The notes beneath the pieces were generated by a model, which had not been told where the DNA came from, ran no database searches, and was given only the letters and a program-made list of their open reading frames with translations. A DNA stretch of 59,395 bases from Bacillota bacterium. Its GTDB lineage: Bacteria; Bacillota; Dethiobacteria; DTU022. The DNA is taken from positions 1-59,395 of the forward strand of contig DUVX01000033.1 in NCBI GenBank assembly GCA_012840855.1. Reading direction: 5' to 3'. Shown here piece after piece: positions 56,777 through 59,395 of this stretch (position 1 is its first letter; every line of letters starts with the position of its first letter). The position numbers and the translations under genes are program-made.

Positions 56777-59395
56777 ATGAAGGATTACCGGGAGACATTG
56801 AACTTGCCCCGTACGGATTTTCCCATGCGGGCGCAGCTACCCCGGCGGGAGCCGGAGATTTTAAATTTTTGGGAAGAGATCGAGATCTACAAAAAGGTGC
56901 TGCAGAGGCGGCGGGGAGCGCCCCGTTTCATCCTGCATGATGGACCGCCCTACGCGAACAATGATATTCATATGGGGACGGCCCTGAATAAGGTGCTGAA
57001 GGACTTTATCGTCAAGTATAAGACGATGCGCGGTTACGATAGCCCTTACGTGCCCGGCTGGGATACGCATGGCCTACCCATTGAGCACCAGATCATCAAA
57101 AGCCGGGGCATCGATCGAAAAGAGGTTTCCCCCATCGAATTTAGGCGGATGTGCCGCGATTACGCCCTCGAGTATGTCTCCATCCAGCGCGAGCAGTTCC
57201 GGCGTCTGGGTGTGCGGGGCGACTGGAAAGATCCCTATCTCACACTTGCACCCTCTTTTGAAGCCCGCCAGATCGGCGTCTTCGGCGAGATGGCTGCACG
57301 CGGCTATATCTATAAGGGGCTGCGCCCTGTCTACTGGTGCCCTCGCTGCGAGACCGCTTTGGCGGAGGCCGAGGTGGAATACGGCGACCACCGGGCCGAT
57401 TCGATCTATATCAAGTTCCCGGTGCTCGAAGATCGCGGCCTGCTAGGCGGAGCAGCGGGCGCCTTCTGCCTGATCTGGACGACAACAGCCTGGACGATAC
57501 CGGCCAATCTGGCCATCTGCCTCCATCCTGATCTCGATTATGTGCTCGTGGAGGCGGGGGCGGAGAGATATCTCCTCGCCGAGGGGCTTCTCGAGAGCGT
57601 TACCGATGCGCTGGGCGGCAAGGGCTGGAAGGTGCAGCGCCGTTTCAAGGGGCGGGAACTGGAAGGGGTTGTCTGTCGCCATCCCCTTATCGATCGGGAG
57701 TCGCCGCTGATCCTGGGGGATCACGTCACCCTGGAGCAGGGCACCGGCTGCGTCCATACCGCGCCGGGGCACGGCCTGGAAGACTTCATTGTGGGGCGGC
57801 TTTACCGGCTGCCGGTGCTGAGCCCCATCGACGACCGCGGTTATTTTACCGATGAAGCGGGCGAGTTCGCCGGGCTTACGTACACAGCGGGCGGTGAAGC
57901 GGTGATCCGAGCCCTGGAGCGAGAAGGGCGGCTGGCGAAGGCATCGTCTATCGAGCACCAGTATCCTCACTGCTGGCGCTGCAAGGAGCCGGTAATCTAC
58001 CGTGCCACAGAGCAGTGGTTCGCCTCCATCGACGGCTTTCGCCAGGAGGCACTGCAGGCCATCCGCCGGGTTAAGTGGACTCCCGCCTGGGGGGAGGAGC
58101 GGATTCACAATATGGTTGCCGAGCGTCAGGATTGGTGCATCTCCCGGCAGCGGATCTGGGGGGTGCCCATCCCGATTTTCTACTGCCGGGACTGCGGTGA
58201 GGCGATCATCGATCCTCAGGTCATCGAGGGGGTCTCGAGCCTCTTCGCCCGGGAGGGCTCCGACAGCTGGTTTGTCCGGGAAGCGTCGGAGATCCTGCCG
58301 CCGGGATATCGTTGCCCTGCCTGCGGCGGCGGCTCTTTTCGCAAAGAGCATGATACCATGGATGTCTGGTTTGATTCCGGGACGAGCCATTTTGCCGTTC
58401 TCGAGGGGAGGCCGGAGCTGCACTGGCCGGCAGATCTCTACCTCGAGGGAAGCGATCAGTATCGCGGGTGGTTCCACTCCTCGCTGCTTACAGCAGTGGC
58501 GGTGCGCGGCGAGCCGCCCTACCGCGCTGTGCTTAGCCATGGCTGGGTAGTCGACGGCGAGGGGCGGAAAATGTCGAAGTCGCTGGGCAATGTTATCGCC
58601 CCCGAGGAGATCGCCGGGCAGTACGGCGCCGATATCCTACGGCTCTGGGTTGCTTCGGCCGATTACACCAGCGATATCCATCTCTCTCCAGCAATCCTGA
58701 AGCAGCTTTCTGAAGTTTACCGGAAGATCCGCAATACCTGCCGCTTTTTACTGGGTAATTGCTTTGATTTTGATCCGTCAACCCAGGCTCTCCCGTACAG
58801 CTCCCTCGAAGAATTCGACCGCTGGGTGCTGCACCGCCTGGGCCGGCTTATCGACAGGGTAACCCGGGCTTATGACAGCTATACCTATCATCTTATCTAC
58901 CAGGATCTGCATAATTTCTGCACCGTCGACCTGAGCAATTTTTATCTCGATGTGCAAAAAGACCGGCTCTACTGCTCTGCCCCCGATGATCCGGCCCGCC
59001 GCTCCGCCCAGACCGTGATGATGACCGTCCTGGAATGCCTGACCCTGCTGATGGCGCCCATCCTTACCTTTACCGCCGAAGAGCTTTGGCAACAGCTGCC
59101 CAACAAACGGTGGCCCAGCGTCCAGCTCGCCGACTGGCCCGAAGCGGATCGATCGTGGGATGATCCAGAGCTAGGCCGGCGCTGGGAGCAGCTCCTGGCT
59201 GTGCGCGACGAGGTGTCCCGTGTTCTCGAGGAGGCACGCCGGGGAAAAATCATCGGCAGCTCGCTGGGCGCCGATCTGATCCTGCGGGCCGAGGGCGATC
59301 TTTATCGGCTGCTCCGGGCCTACCGGGAGAAGCTGGCCGGGATCTTCATCGTCTCCAGTGTAGAGCTTCATGAGGGGTTGGGGAAAGCACCCGAT
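56777..59395 (+). CDS. ileS: Isoleucyl-tRNA synthetase type 1 (3'-partial)
   Basis: MKDYRETLNLP.TDFPMR, LHDGPPYAN.DIHMGT, GWDTHGLP, WTTT.WT, DWCISRQR.WG, KMSKS; runs off the window end. Confidence 0.96.
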   Translation, partial: MKDYRETLNLPRTDFPMRAQLPRREPEILNFWEEIEIYKKVLQRRRGAPRFILHDGPPYANNDIHMGTALNKVLKDFIVKYKTMRGYDSPYVPGWDTHGLPIEHQIIKSRGIDRKEVSPIEFRRMCRDYALEYVSIQREQFRRLGVRGDWKDPYLTLAPSFEARQIGVFGEMAARGYIYKGLRPVYWCPRCETALAEAEVEYGDHRADSIYIKFPVLEDRGLLGGAAGAFCLIWTTTAWTIPANLAICLHPDLDYVLVEAGAERYLLAEGLLESVTDALGGKGWKVQRRFKGRELEGVVCRHPLIDRESPLILGDHVTLEQGTGCVHTAPGHGLEDFIVGRLYRLPVLSPIDDRGYFTDEAGEFAGLTYTAGGEAVIRALEREGRLAKASSIEHQYPHCWRCKEPVIYRATEQWFASIDGFRQEALQAIRRVKWTPAWGEERIHNMVAERQDWCISRQRIWGVPIPIFYCRDCGEAIIDPQVIEGVSSLFAREGSDSWFVREASEILPPGYRCPACGGGSFRKEHDTMDVWFDSGTSHFAVLEGRPELHWPADLYLEGSDQYRGWFHSSLLTAVAVRGEPPYRAVLSHGWVVDGEGRKMSKSLGNVIAPEEIAGQYGADILRLWVASADYTSDIHLSPAILKQLSEVYRKIRNTCRFLLGNCFDFDPSTQALPYSSLEEFDRWVLHRLGRLIDRVTRAYDSYTYHLIYQDLHNFCTVDLSNFYLDVQKDRLYCSAPDDPARRSAQTVMMTVLECLTLLMAPILTFTAEELWQQLPNKRWPSVQLADWPEADRSWDDPELGRRWEQLLAVRDEVSRVLEEARRGKIIGSSLGADLILRAEGDLYRLLRAYREKLAGIFIVSSVELHEGLGKAPD

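Overview
Core-genome window of an anaerobic, endospore-forming Firmicute (Clostridia/Dethiobacteria-like, by inference). Bases 1-~2538 are AT-rich (DUF421 gene, YtqB-like methyltransferase, rex, five tRNAs). They join abruptly, at a 5'-truncated ABC ATPase gene, to a GC-rich segment, so this is probably a contig or chimera junction. The GC-rich segment carries serA, spoIIP, pyrG, a glutaminase-less guaA, hisF-pdxS, pdaB, hisC, an acyl-CoA ligase, secDF-recJ-relA-dtd, a single fused hisS-aspS ORF, 6S RNA, mgtE, the dcw cluster (mraZ to ftsZ), spoIIGA-sigE-sigG-ylmC, an NrdD-like gene, pgeF, yggS, divIVA and T-box-ileS (partial). There are four main observations. (1) A ~6 kb cluster of amidotransferase synthases (PyrG, GuaA-B, PdxS, HisF) lacks the glutaminase partners for three of them and has substituted glutaminase-coupling residues, suggesting direct use of free ammonia. 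(2) HisRS and AspRS form one polypeptide. (3) An uninterrupted but apparently catalytically dead class III RNR with an ATP cone sits where nrdR usually lies. (4) An unannotated 30-aa basic peptide is followed by a structured RNA. Residue comparisons are from memory of family motifs, not computed alignments.
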